Shown here one piece after another: positions 40,952 to 49,624 of a DNA stretch of 64,000 bases. The position numbers were made by a program, and so were the translations under genes. The notes beneath the pieces were generated by a model. It made no database searches. It was not told where the DNA came from and saw nothing but the letters and a program-made list of their open reading frames with translations. This DNA comes from Polyangiaceae bacterium. GTDB lineage: Bacteria; Myxococcota_A; Polyangia; Polyangiales; Polyangiaceae. The stretch spans positions 1 to 64,000 of the forward strand of contig JBGANF010000002.1 in NCBI GenBank assembly GCA_044222475.1, written 5' to 3'. Position 1 is the first letter of the stretch. The number at the start of each line of letters is the position of its first letter.

Positions 40952-41423
40952 GGAGAGCCTCCAGCTCCGGTGATCGAGGCCCCCCACGCGATCTCGAGCG
41001 CGATCGCGCGCGCCCCACCATCGTTGGGGGCGAGCGCGATCATTCGCGCCGGAGCGACCACGCAGAGCAGGCCGTTGGCGGCGACGCCGGGGCCAGGCGC
41101 GAGCACGACCTCCGGTGCGCCTCCGACTCCGCCCGCGTCGAACGCGAGCACGAGGCGCATCGCGCCATCGACGAGCTTGCCCTCGCGAGCGAGACCCTCG
41201 AAGCAACCGCTCGCGCTACCCGCGAGGCGGTCGACGAGATCCTTCGCCTCGCTGGCGCTCGCGCCGCGGACCTCGGCGAGGCCGACCGCGACCCGGTTTC
41301 GCTTGGCGACGTAGGCGTACGTGTCGTCACCGCCGTCGACGCGGACGTCGGTCGTGTGCTCGGTCGCGTCGTGCGGTCCGCCGTTGCAGGCGAGGAGCGC
41401 GACGGCGAAGAGCGTGATCGCAA
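40948..41423 (-). CDS. hypothetical lipoprotein lacking an in-frame canonical start (possible 1-nt frameshift)
   Basis: LFAVALLAC lipobox and a globular body; the nearest TTG (41423) is out of frame by 1 nt. Confidence 0.55.
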
Positions 41424-41441
41424 CGAGCGGGATTATTCGCC

Positions 41442-41626
41442 GGGCCCCAACGTCGGGGGCTGCGCCCCCGAGACCCCTGCGAGAATTTCGGACCTCCGCG
41501 GCTCCGCCTCTCAGGGCCGCAACGTCGGGGGCTGCGCCCCCGACACCCCTGCGAGAATTTCGGACCTCCGCGGCTCCGCCGCGAAGGTCCTCAGTTGGGG
41601 GCCCGCCCCCAACGGCCCCGGTGACC
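41442..41626. repeat. composite REP/MITE-like element, copy B, with 72-bp tandem duplication
   Basis: 41442-41508 and 41514-41580 differ at 2 of 67 nt; right module 41599-41626 is identical to 12637-12664. Confidence 0.85.
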
Positions 41627-41632
41627 GGAATG

Positions 41633-42778
41633 TCAGCTGCCAAGGACGTGCTTGGCGATGACGATGCGCTGGATCTGGCTCGTACCCTCGTAGATCTGGA
41701 GGATCTTCGCGTCGCGCATGAGCTTCTCGACCGGGTACTCCTTCGTGTAGCCATTGCCGCCGAAGATCTGCACCGCGTCGACCGCGGTCGCCATCGCGCT
41801 GTCCGCGCCGTACGCCTTCGCGTAGCTCGAGATGATTGGGTTGCGGATTCCCTTGTCGAGGTTCCACGCCGCCTTGCGCACGAGGAGGCTCGTCGCTTCG
41901 ACGCGAATCGCCATCTCGGCGATCATCGCTTGGACCATCTGGTGCTGCGCGATCGGAACGCCGAACGTCTTGCGCTCCTTCGCGTAGGCCACGCACTCGT
42001 CGAGGCAGCGGCGCATCAGGCCGCACGCACCGGCGCCGATGTCCGGGCGCGTCTGGTTGAACGTCTCCATCGCCAGCTTGAAGGCCTGGCCGGGCTCGGC
42101 GAGGACGTTCTCTGCCGGGACTCGAACGTCGTCGAGCATGATCGTGTTCGTGTCGCTCGCGCGCTGGCCGAGCTTGTCCTCGTGCTCGCCGAGAGAGACG
42201 CCCTTCCAGCCCTTCTCGACGACGAACGCGCCGATGCCCTTGTGCTTCAGCGCCGGGTCGATCGTGGCGAAGATGACGTAGAAGGACGCGAAGCTCGCGT
42301 TGGTGATCCAACACTTCGTGCCGTTGAGGACGTAGCTTCCGTCGTTGTCCTTCTTCGCGCGGCACTGCATGCCGGCGACGTCGCTGCCGGCGGCCGGCTC
42401 GCTCGTCGCGTAGGAGCCCATGATCGGCTCCTTCGCCATCCAGCCGAGGTACTTCTTCTTCAGCTCCTCGGAGCCGGCGAGGCGGATCGGCGTGAGCGCG
42501 AGCGTGTTCGCCGTCATGCTCGTCTGGATGCCGGTGCACCCGTACGCGAGCTCCTCGGTGATGAAGCTGCACTCGACGTCCGAGAGCCCGGCGCCTCCGT
42601 AGGCCTCGGGCAGCGTGGGGTTCACGAGCCCGAGCTCCCAGGCCGCGCGGAACACGTCCATCGGGAACTTCGCGTCGCGGTCGCACTCGGCCGCGATCGG
42701 GATGATGCGCTCCTTCGCGAACCGCCGCGCGGTGTCGATCAGCGCCTTCTGCTCCTCGGTGATCTCGAAATCGATCAT
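41633..42778 (-). CDS. acyl-CoA dehydrogenase
   Basis: SEPAAGSDV, LNGTKCWITN, KLGQRAS, QIFGGNGY and IYEGTSQIQ motifs. Confidence 0.95.
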   Translation of the reverse strand: MIDFEITEEQKALIDTARRFAKERIIPIAAECDRDAKFPMDVFRAAWELGLVNPTLPEAYGGAGLSDVECSFITEELAYGCTGIQTSMTANTLALTPIRLAGSEELKKKYLGWMAKEPIMGSYATSEPAAGSDVAGMQCRAKKDNDGSYVLNGTKCWITNASFASFYVIFATIDPALKHKGIGAFVVEKGWKGVSLGEHEDKLGQRASDTNTIMLDDVRVPAENVLAEPGQAFKLAMETFNQTRPDIGAGACGLMRRCLDECVAYAKERKTFGVPIAQHQMVQAMIAEMAIRVEATSLLVRKAAWNLDKGIRNPIISSYAKAYGADSAMATAVDAVQIFGGNGYTKEYPVEKLMRDAKILQIYEGTSQIQRIVIAKHVLGS

Positions 42779-42903
42779 TACTCTTTGCTCCTCTTGCGAC
42801 GCTCGGTGAGCCGCTGCGTCGCCGCGCGTCCGCCGAGAATGTAGCCCACGACGATGCCGATGAGGAGGACGCCGGGGATGAAGATCACGTGCTCGACCGG
42901 CAT
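42778..42903 (-). CDS. 41-aa single-TM small protein
   Basis: MPVEHVIFIPGVLLIGIVVGYILGGRAA...; GAGGA upstream; TAATG coupling to the acyl-CoA dehydrogenase. Confidence 0.7.
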   Translation of the reverse strand: MPVEHVIFIPGVLLIGIVVGYILGGRAATQRLTERRKRSKE

Positions 42904-42908
42904 GGGGT

Positions 42909-43661
42909 TCAGTCCTCTTCTTCGTCTTTTTCGTCTTTGGGCTTCGGCTTGGCCTTGGCCTTCTTCGGAGGCTCCTCGCGCTTCTCGGCGCGCTCGGCGC
43001 GGTCGATCGCTCGCTCGAGGCCGTCGATGCGGGACGCGATGCTCTTCTGGCCGCGCCAGAGGAAGCCGAGGTAGGCCGTCATCAGGAGCCAGATGATCGC
43101 GTACGCGGTGACGAGCAGCTTCGCTCCGTCGCGCGTCTCCGGGCCGCTCGCCGCCGCTTCGAACGCGGTTCCGCGAGAGTCGGCGGAGGGGGCGGGGAGG
43201 GCGAGGTTCGCGATCTGCGTCGCTTGCTCCGCCGTGCAGAGCGGGGTGCCTACCATCGTCACGAACGCGACGTGCCCGCCGCGCGCCGCGGCGACGGTGC
43301 TCACGACCTCGCCCGTCGGCACCTGGTCCTTGTAGGAGAACGCTGCGTCGAAGCCGGGCACCGACTTCACCTCGGTCCACTTGGGGTCCTGCGTGAGCGG
43401 GTTCGCCGTCTTCATCAGGTGGACGCTCACCGCGCCGGCCTTGGCTCCGGGTGCGTCGTCGGCCGAGAGGAGCCGGCTGCAGTCCTTTTCGCCCGAGTCC
43501 TCGCCGGCGCCGGCGACGACGTGGGTCTTCTTGCCGCAGATCGACTCGACCGCGGCGGGGGTGACGGCATCACACCGAACCTCGGCGGCGGCCGGGGCGG
43601 CGAACGCGACGATGGCGGCGGCGATCGCCGCTGTCCCAAAATGGTACGAGCGCGCGGTCAC
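42909..43661 (-). CDS. CcmD-like protein with an N-terminal secreted domain
   Basis: GTG overlaps the ccmC stop; signal peptide, Cys-containing domain, then AYAIIWLLMTAYLGFLWRGQ and a charged helix. Confidence 0.65.
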   Translation of the reverse strand: MTARSYHFGTAAIAAAIVAFAAPAAAEVRCDAVTPAAVESICGKKTHVVAGAGEDSGEKDCSRLLSADDAPGAKAGAVSVHLMKTANPLTQDPKWTEVKSVPGFDAAFSYKDQVPTGEVVSTVAAARGGHVAFVTMVGTPLCTAEQATQIANLALPAPSADSRGTAFEAAASGPETRDGAKLLVTAYAIIWLLMTAYLGFLWRGQKSIASRIDGLERAIDRAERAEKREEPPKKAKAKPKPKDEKDEEED

Positions 43662-44404
43662 GCTTCCTCCCGATCGTCGAGGCCGAAGTCGATCGCATCC
43701 TCTTCGGCGCGGACGAGGCGCGCGCGGAGGATCTCGGCCCGGGTGCGGGCCCACAAGAGCGTGATGACGAACGTGGTGAACGCGGCGAAGCCGAGAGCGA
43801 GCGCGATCTTCATGTCGGGGTGTTGGAGGCCGCCGCCCTTGCTCGTGATGACGGTCGGGTGCTGCCCGCTCCACTTCTGGACGCTGAAGTGGATGATCGG
43901 GAGGTTCGCGGCGCCGATGATCCCGAGCGCGGCGGCGAAGCGCCGCTCGCCCTCGCCGTCGCCGGTGAAGGTACGGAGGACGAGGTACGCGACGTAGATG
44001 AGGACGCTCAGCAGCGCGGTCGTGAGGCGAGGGTCCCAGGTCCAGTAGAAGCCCCACGCCTTCGCCGCCCAGAGCGGGCCGCTCGTGAGGACCATGAAGC
44101 CGAAGAGCACCGCGACCTCGGCACCCGCGCGGGCCAGTCCGTTCCAGAGATCGCTCGGGCGCAGCAGGTATCCGACCGAGCCGACGAAGCAGGCGGTTGC
44201 CCCGAGGTACATGCTGTAGGCCGCGGGCACGTGGAAGTAGAAGATCTTCTGGACGATGCCCATCGTCTTCTCGATCGGCGCGAGGATGAACGCGACGTAG
44301 ATCGTCGCCGCGAACAGAGCCCCGGCGCAGGCGAGGAGCCCGTAGTAGGCGAGGTCGATGCCTCCGAGCCGACTGCTGCCGGTCGAGGCGCGCGAGTCCT
44401 TCAT
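43658..44404 (-). CDS. ccmC: heme exporter / cytochrome c maturation protein CcmC
   Basis: KIFYFHVP, WGFYWTWDPRLT (WWD domain) and HP motifs. Confidence 0.9.
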   Translation of the reverse strand: MKDSRASTGSSRLGGIDLAYYGLLACAGALFAATIYVAFILAPIEKTMGIVQKIFYFHVPAAYSMYLGATACFVGSVGYLLRPSDLWNGLARAGAEVAVLFGFMVLTSGPLWAAKAWGFYWTWDPRLTTALLSVLIYVAYLVLRTFTGDGEGERRFAAALGIIGAANLPIIHFSVQKWSGQHPTVITSKGGGLQHPDMKIALALGFAAFTTFVITLLWARTRAEILRARLVRAEEDAIDFGLDDREEA

Positions 44405-44556
44405 CGGCCTACAAGCTAGTGAACCCTCCTTCCTACTTCAAGGAGGACGCAGTTTTTCAATTGGACCGGATTGTTTCATCGCCTAGCGTAAATGAGGCGT
44501 AAGAGGCGTTTGGTGCGCGCTGGGCGCGCGCCTTCTGGTGAGCGGAGGACCTTGAA

Positions 44557-46545
44557 ATGAACAAGCATCTCGCGGTGGCCATCGTCCTCCTCACGGGCGG
44601 CGTGGTCGGCTACTCGGTCGGCTGCGGCGGCAACGACGGCAGCAACTTCTTGAACGCCGACAGCGGCACCGACGGAACGGTGCCCGACGATGGCGGATGC
44701 CTCCTTGGTTGCGATGACGGAGGCAACAGCGACGCGCAGCAAGCGCTCATCGTGAGCCCGCCCAACGTCACTCTGGCCGTGGTCGGCAGCACGATCCCGA
44801 CGCAAGCGTACACGGTCACGCTGAACGGAAAGGACGTCACGTCGCAGGCGACGTGGTCCTTCTCGCTGCCGGCGGTCGGCGACGTCCTCTCGAACGCCAC
44901 GTTCACGCCCACCGGCAAGGTCGGCGGCTCCGGTGTGCTGACGGCCACCGTCGGGCTCTCGACCGGCAACGCGAGCGTCACCGTCACCGTCGACAAGACC
45001 GTCATCGGCGGCGGCATCAACAACACCATCCAGGGCGCGCTCGACAACCCGACCGGCGGCGCCGATCCGTCGATGAGCATCGTGTATCCGTACAACGACA
45101 CGTTCTTCCCCCTCGCGGTGCTCGCTCCCGAGATGATGTGGAACGGAGCCGTCAACGGCGACGCCTACAAGCTGAAGATCACGGAGAAGTACTTCACCTA
45201 CACCGAGTACTTCACGAACAGCGTCCCCGCGCGGAAGATGATCAACCAGCTCGATTGGGACGCCATCGAGAGCTCGGGCAGCGGCCCCAAGAGCGACCCG
45301 ATCAAGGTCGAGCTCACCCGCTACTCCGTCAACAAGGCGTTCAACCCGGTCGTCAACACCTGGCACGTCGTGCAGGGCAAGCTCTTCGGCAGCGTCTACT
45401 ACTGGGAGCTCCCGGACGCGTGCGGCGGCGGCAACGGCCGCATCCTGCGCATCAAGCCCGGTTCGGCCGTCGTCGATCCGTTCTTCCCGAACAACGGCCA
45501 GTGCTGGGGCTGCCACACCGTCAGCCGCGATGGCCGCACCGTCAACGGCAACTTCGACTTCCCGTTCTCTCCGGTCGACGTGAGCGTGACGCCGGCGGTG
45601 AAGGGCGCGCAGAACTACGGCGCCGGCACGTTCTCCGCCTACAACGAGGACGGCAAGAAGATCCTCATCGCTCGCGGCACGGGCACGCACCAGATCGACC
45701 TCGTCGACGCGGTGACCGCCGCGAACATCAAGACCGACTTCTTCGGTGGCTACGCCGGCGAGCCGGCCTGGTCGCCGGACGGCAAGAAGGTCGCCGCGAT
45801 CGTCGGCATCAACGCGTCGGGTTGGGAGTTCGACTCGCAGCCCGGGGATCTCGCCATCGGCGACTTCCTGAACAACGCGATCTCGGGCAAGAAGACGATC
45901 ATCACCAAGGCGTCGGGCACTGGCCGCCCGGCCTACCCGAGCTTCGCCCCGACGAGCGACTACATCGCGTACGGCCGCCCAACCGCGGGCTCGCGCTCGA
46001 CCGGCAACGGCGACCTGTGGATCACCGACCTGAACGGCGCCGCGAAGAAGCTCGACCTCGCTTCGAAGGACGGCCCGAACCTGAACACGTACCGCGCGTT
46101 CAACCCCGTGTACGCGCCGCTGCGCGCCGGCGGGTACAACTTCATCGTCTTCATCTCCCGCCGCGACTACGGCAACCGGCTCGTGAACACGAACCGGCAG
46201 CAGCTGTGGATCACCGCCGTGGACGATCCGCCCACCGGCAACGATCCGTCGCACGCGCCGTTCTACATCCGCGGCCAAGAGGACTGCGGCAAGAGCGAGA
46301 ACGCGTACTACGCGCTCGACCCCTGCAAGAAGAACGGGGCCGAGTGCACGAGCGGCATCGACTGCTGCGGCGGCAACTGCATCAAGGATCCGAACACGCA
46401 GAAGTACATCTGCGGCGATCCGACCGGCAGCTGCGTCGCGAGCGGCAACAAGTGCGCGAACCCGGACGGCGGCTCGCCGCTGGCCTGTTGCGATCCGAAC
46501 GAGAGCTGCATCGACGGGTTCTGCCAGAAGAAGGGCCCCAACTGA
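44557..46545 (+). CDS. TolB-like (PD40) beta-propeller lipoprotein with CxxCH motif and Cys-rich C-terminus
   Basis: SVGC lipobox, Ig-like segment, CWGCH, PAWSPDG, PSFAP, Cys-rich tail; GGAGGA RBS. Confidence 0.82.
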   Translation: MNKHLAVAIVLLTGGVVGYSVGCGGNDGSNFLNADSGTDGTVPDDGGCLLGCDDGGNSDAQQALIVSPPNVTLAVVGSTIPTQAYTVTLNGKDVTSQATWSFSLPAVGDVLSNATFTPTGKVGGSGVLTATVGLSTGNASVTVTVDKTVIGGGINNTIQGALDNPTGGADPSMSIVYPYNDTFFPLAVLAPEMMWNGAVNGDAYKLKITEKYFTYTEYFTNSVPARKMINQLDWDAIESSGSGPKSDPIKVELTRYSVNKAFNPVVNTWHVVQGKLFGSVYYWELPDACGGGNGRILRIKPGSAVVDPFFPNNGQCWGCHTVSRDGRTVNGNFDFPFSPVDVSVTPAVKGAQNYGAGTFSAYNEDGKKILIARGTGTHQIDLVDAVTAANIKTDFFGGYAGEPAWSPDGKKVAAIVGINASGWEFDSQPGDLAIGDFLNNAISGKKTIITKASGTGRPAYPSFAPTSDYIAYGRPTAGSRSTGNGDLWITDLNGAAKKLDLASKDGPNLNTYRAFNPVYAPLRAGGYNFIVFISRRDYGNRLVNTNRQQLWITAVDDPPTGNDPSHAPFYIRGQEDCGKSENAYYALDPCKKNGAECTSGIDCCGGNCIKDPNTQKYICGDPTGSCVASGNKCANPDGGSPLACCDPNESCIDGFCQKKGPN

Positions 46546-46568
46546 AACCCTAGTTCTCTCGACTACGC

Positions 46569-46589
46569 CGGGCTTCGCCCGTCTTTTTC
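46569..46589 (+). terminator. rho-independent terminator candidate
   Basis: cgggc-ttc-gcccg hairpin followed by tctttttc, after the TolB-like gene. Confidence 0.55.
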
Positions 46590-47543
46590 TCAGGCGACGT
46601 AGGCGCCAAGCGACCGGAAGCGTTTGTAGCGATCTTCGGCGAGCTCGTCGGGAGTGAGCCGAAGGAGCGCGCGCAGCGTGTCGTGGATCGCGTTCCCCAC
46701 GAGCCGCGCCGCCGCGTCCGCGTCTTGGTGCGCGCCTCCCGCCGGCTCGTCGATCACCCGGTCGACGACGCGCAGCGCCAGGAGGTCCGGCGCGGTCATC
46801 TTCATGCGCTCGGCCGCGACGTCGGCCTTGGCGCCGTCGCGCCACAGGATCGACGCGCAGCCCTCCGGCGTGATCACGCTGTAGGTGCCGTACTCCATGA
46901 CCAAGACTCGGTTCGCCACGCCCAGCGCGAGCGCTCCGCCGCTGCCGCCCTCGCCGATGATCGTCGCGATGATCGGCACGCGCGCGCGCGCCATCCCGGC
47001 GAGGCACGCGCCGATGGCCTCGCTCTGGCCCCGCTCCTCCGCGCCGATGCCGGGGTACGCGCCCGGCGTGTCGATGAAGGTGAGCACCGGGAGCCCGAAG
47101 CGGTCGGCGAGCTCGTACATCCGTAGCGCCTTCCGGTAGCCCTCGGGGTGGGGCATCCCGAAGTTGCGCTTCACGTTCTCCTTCGCGCCGCGGCCCTTCT
47201 GGTGCCCGACGACGACGACGCTCCGCCCGCGGAAGCGACCGAGCCCGCACACGATCGCCGCGTCGTCCGAGAACGACCGATCGCCGTGGAGCTCGTGGAA
47301 GTCGGTCACGAGCCGGCTGACGAAATCCAGGGTGTACGGCCGGTTCGGGTGGCGCGAGAGCTGGACCTTCTGCCAGGCGCTGAGGTTGGCGAAGAGCTCC
47401 TTCGCGAGGCGGCCCGTCTTCTCTTCGAGCTTCTTCAGCTCGGGCTCGAGCGCGCGGTCGGTCTCGGCGAGGACGCGCAGCTCGCGCAACCGGCCGAGGA
47501 GATCGACGATGGGTTTCTCGAACGGCAGAACGTAGGCGGCCAT
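46590..47543 (-). CDS. accA: acetyl-CoA carboxylase carboxyltransferase alpha
   Basis: RHPNRPY, GHQKG, PEGYRKALR, IDTPGAYPG and GEGGSGGAL motifs. Confidence 0.97.
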   Translation of the reverse strand: MAAYVLPFEKPIVDLLGRLRELRVLAETDRALEPELKKLEEKTGRLAKELFANLSAWQKVQLSRHPNRPYTLDFVSRLVTDFHELHGDRSFSDDAAIVCGLGRFRGRSVVVVGHQKGRGAKENVKRNFGMPHPEGYRKALRMYELADRFGLPVLTFIDTPGAYPGIGAEERGQSEAIGACLAGMARARVPIIATIIGEGGSGGALALGVANRVLVMEYGTYSVITPEGCASILWRDGAKADVAAERMKMTAPDLLALRVVDRVIDEPAGGAHQDADAAARLVGNAIHDTLRALLRLTPDELAEDRYKRFRSLGAYVA

Positions 47544-47546
47544 GGA

Positions 47547-49508
47547 TCAGCGCGCGTAGGCAGCAGCGGTGGGCTTCTCCCGCTTCACGTTGAAGATTCG
47601 CAGCGGCTTCTCTTTGCCCTTCAGGTTGGCCGGGGGTAGCTCCTCGACCTCGAAGCGGTTGCCGAGCTTGTTCAGCGTCGTCTCGCTGATGACGATCTGC
47701 CCGGCGAGCGCGATGCCGCAGAGGCGGGCGCTCGTGTTCGCCGTGTCGCCGATGACGGTGTAGCTGAGCGCGCGCGAGCTGCCGACGTAGCCGGCGACGA
47801 GCGGCCCGGTGTGGATGCCGATGCCGATGGCGAGCGGCGCCTCGCCGCGCTCGACGCGAGCGCGGTTGTAGCGACCGAGGACTTCCATCTGCTCGAGCGA
47901 GCTCTGCACGCAGCGGATCGGGTCGTCACCGTGCTGCGCCGGCGCGCCCCAGATCGCCATGATGCCGTCGCCCATGAACTTGTCGAGGGTGCCGTCGTAA
48001 CGGAAGATCGTCTCGACCATCATCTCGAAATACTCGTTGAGCATGTCGATCATGCTCTCGGGCGAGGCGCCTTCGCTCATGCGCGTGAACCCGCGGATGT
48101 CGCTGTTGAAGACGGTGACGTCGTTCAGGCTCGCGCCGCCGAGCTTCACCTCGAGCTTGCCGCTGATCACCTGCTCGGCGACGTTCGGCGACAAAAGGCG
48201 GCTGAAGCGCTCGCGGGTGACGATCTCCTGCTCGACCTTCTTCGCGAGGAGGTTGTTCTCGATGAACATCGTCGCCTGGTTGGCGACGGCGGTGATCATC
48301 TCGAGGTCCTTCTGCTGGAACTGGGCGAGCGTCTCCGAGTCGAGCCAGAGCGCGCCGAGCACGTCCGAGTCGTGAAGAAGCGGGACGACGATGGCGCTCG
48401 AGATCCGGTTGAGGATCATCGATTTGCCCTTCGACGCGGCGAAGTCCATCGACGCGTCGTGGGTGAGAACGGCCGCGCGCTCCTTGATGACGTGGTTGAG
48501 GATCGTCGTCGAGACCTGGATCGGCGAGTCGGTCCCGTCGCGCCGGCGTGCGGCGCGCGGCTGGAGGTTGCCGTCGCTGTCGCGCAGGAGGATGACGCCG
48601 CGGTCCGCCTTCACGAACTTGAAGAGCGCCATCAGGATCTTCTCGAGGAGCTTGTCGAAGTCGCGCTCGAGGCCGATCTCGCGCGTGAGCTCCCACGAGT
48701 TGCGGAGTCGCTCGTAGTCGAGGCGGAGCTGTTGCGGATCGCGCGCGACCTCGTCGAACGCGACGAAGCCCTTCGTCTGCGCGTTGATCTGCGTGCCGAT
48801 CGCGCGCGCGGAGTCGAGGAGGTCGACGCGGGTGCCGCTGAAGCTCGGCGGGCGCGGCGGGCGCTGCGCCGCACCGGGAAGGCCGGGAGGGACGTGCGGG
48901 CCCGGCGGCTGGTAGGGCGCTCCCATCGGAGCGGTGTTGGGGATCGGCCCGGGCGGGTAGCCCATCGGCGGCGCCATCGGCTGGCCGTACGTCGGCTGGG
49001 GAGGCGGCCCGCCCGGCATCCCCGGGCGAGGCATCGACGCCGGGCCTTGATTCGGCATCATCGGCATCTGCGGGATCGGCGGCGGCGCAGGCTGCTGCGC
49101 CATCATCGACGCCGGCACTTGCTGCTGAGGCCATGCGGGCGGCGCTGGCGCCGGCGGACCGGGCGGGAGCGGCTGCTGGATCGCGCCGGGGCTGAGCATC
49201 GACGGCCCATAGACCGGCGCGCCGGATCCGTCGTCGTAGCGTGCTCGCGTCGAGCCGAGCGCGATCTCGTCGCCGTGGCGCAGCATCTGCTCGCCGCGCA
49301 CACGCTCGCCGTTGATGTACGTGCCGTTCAGGCTGCCGAGGTCGCGCAGGATGAACATGCCCTCGCGCTGCTCGACGATGCAGTGCTCCTTCGAGACGAT
49401 CTTGTCGAGGAGCTGGATCGAGTTGTTCGGGTGGCGGCCGAGGCTGTTGATGGGTCGAAGCTCGATCGCTTGCTGTCCTTCGGCGGTCGCAAGAATGAGT
49501 CGAGCCAT
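47547..49508 (-). CDS. FHA-GAF-class III adenylate cyclase
   Basis: FHA (GR...SKEH...S.NGT), Pro/Met/Gln linker, GAF, cyclase (SDIRGFT, DKFMGD, TVIGDTANTSARL). Confidence 0.92.
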   Translation of the reverse strand: MARLILATAEGQQAIELRPINSLGRHPNNSIQLLDKIVSKEHCIVEQREGMFILRDLGSLNGTYINGERVRGEQMLRHGDEIALGSTRARYDDGSGAPVYGPSMLSPGAIQQPLPPGPPAPAPPAWPQQQVPASMMAQQPAPPPIPQMPMMPNQGPASMPRPGMPGGPPPQPTYGQPMAPPMGYPPGPIPNTAPMGAPYQPPGPHVPPGLPGAAQRPPRPPSFSGTRVDLLDSARAIGTQINAQTKGFVAFDEVARDPQQLRLDYERLRNSWELTREIGLERDFDKLLEKILMALFKFVKADRGVILLRDSDGNLQPRAARRRDGTDSPIQVSTTILNHVIKERAAVLTHDASMDFAASKGKSMILNRISSAIVVPLLHDSDVLGALWLDSETLAQFQQKDLEMITAVANQATMFIENNLLAKKVEQEIVTRERFSRLLSPNVAEQVISGKLEVKLGGASLNDVTVFNSDIRGFTRMSEGASPESMIDMLNEYFEMMVETIFRYDGTLDKFMGDGIMAIWGAPAQHGDDPIRCVQSSLEQMEVLGRYNRARVERGEAPLAIGIGIHTGPLVAGYVGSSRALSYTVIGDTANTSARLCGIALAGQIVISETTLNKLGNRFEVEELPPANLKGKEKPLRIFNVKREKPTAAAYAR

Positions 49509-49624
49509 CGTTCGCTCCGAGATGGTACGAGGGATTCGCCTCCCGGAAAAGCCCCGAATGGCTTTGCCTTTCTGACTACCCTGACATCCGCGCACGGCGC
49601 CGGCGGATCTGGTAGGAAGAGATC

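Noticed and set aside
41442..41580. Tandem repeats as a possible CRISPR array
   Set aside because: Only two units, no unique spacers and no cas genes.
46569..46581. gggcttcgccc as a further copy of the composite element
   Set aside because: It matches only the short hairpin core and lacks both flanking modules; a terminator explains it better.
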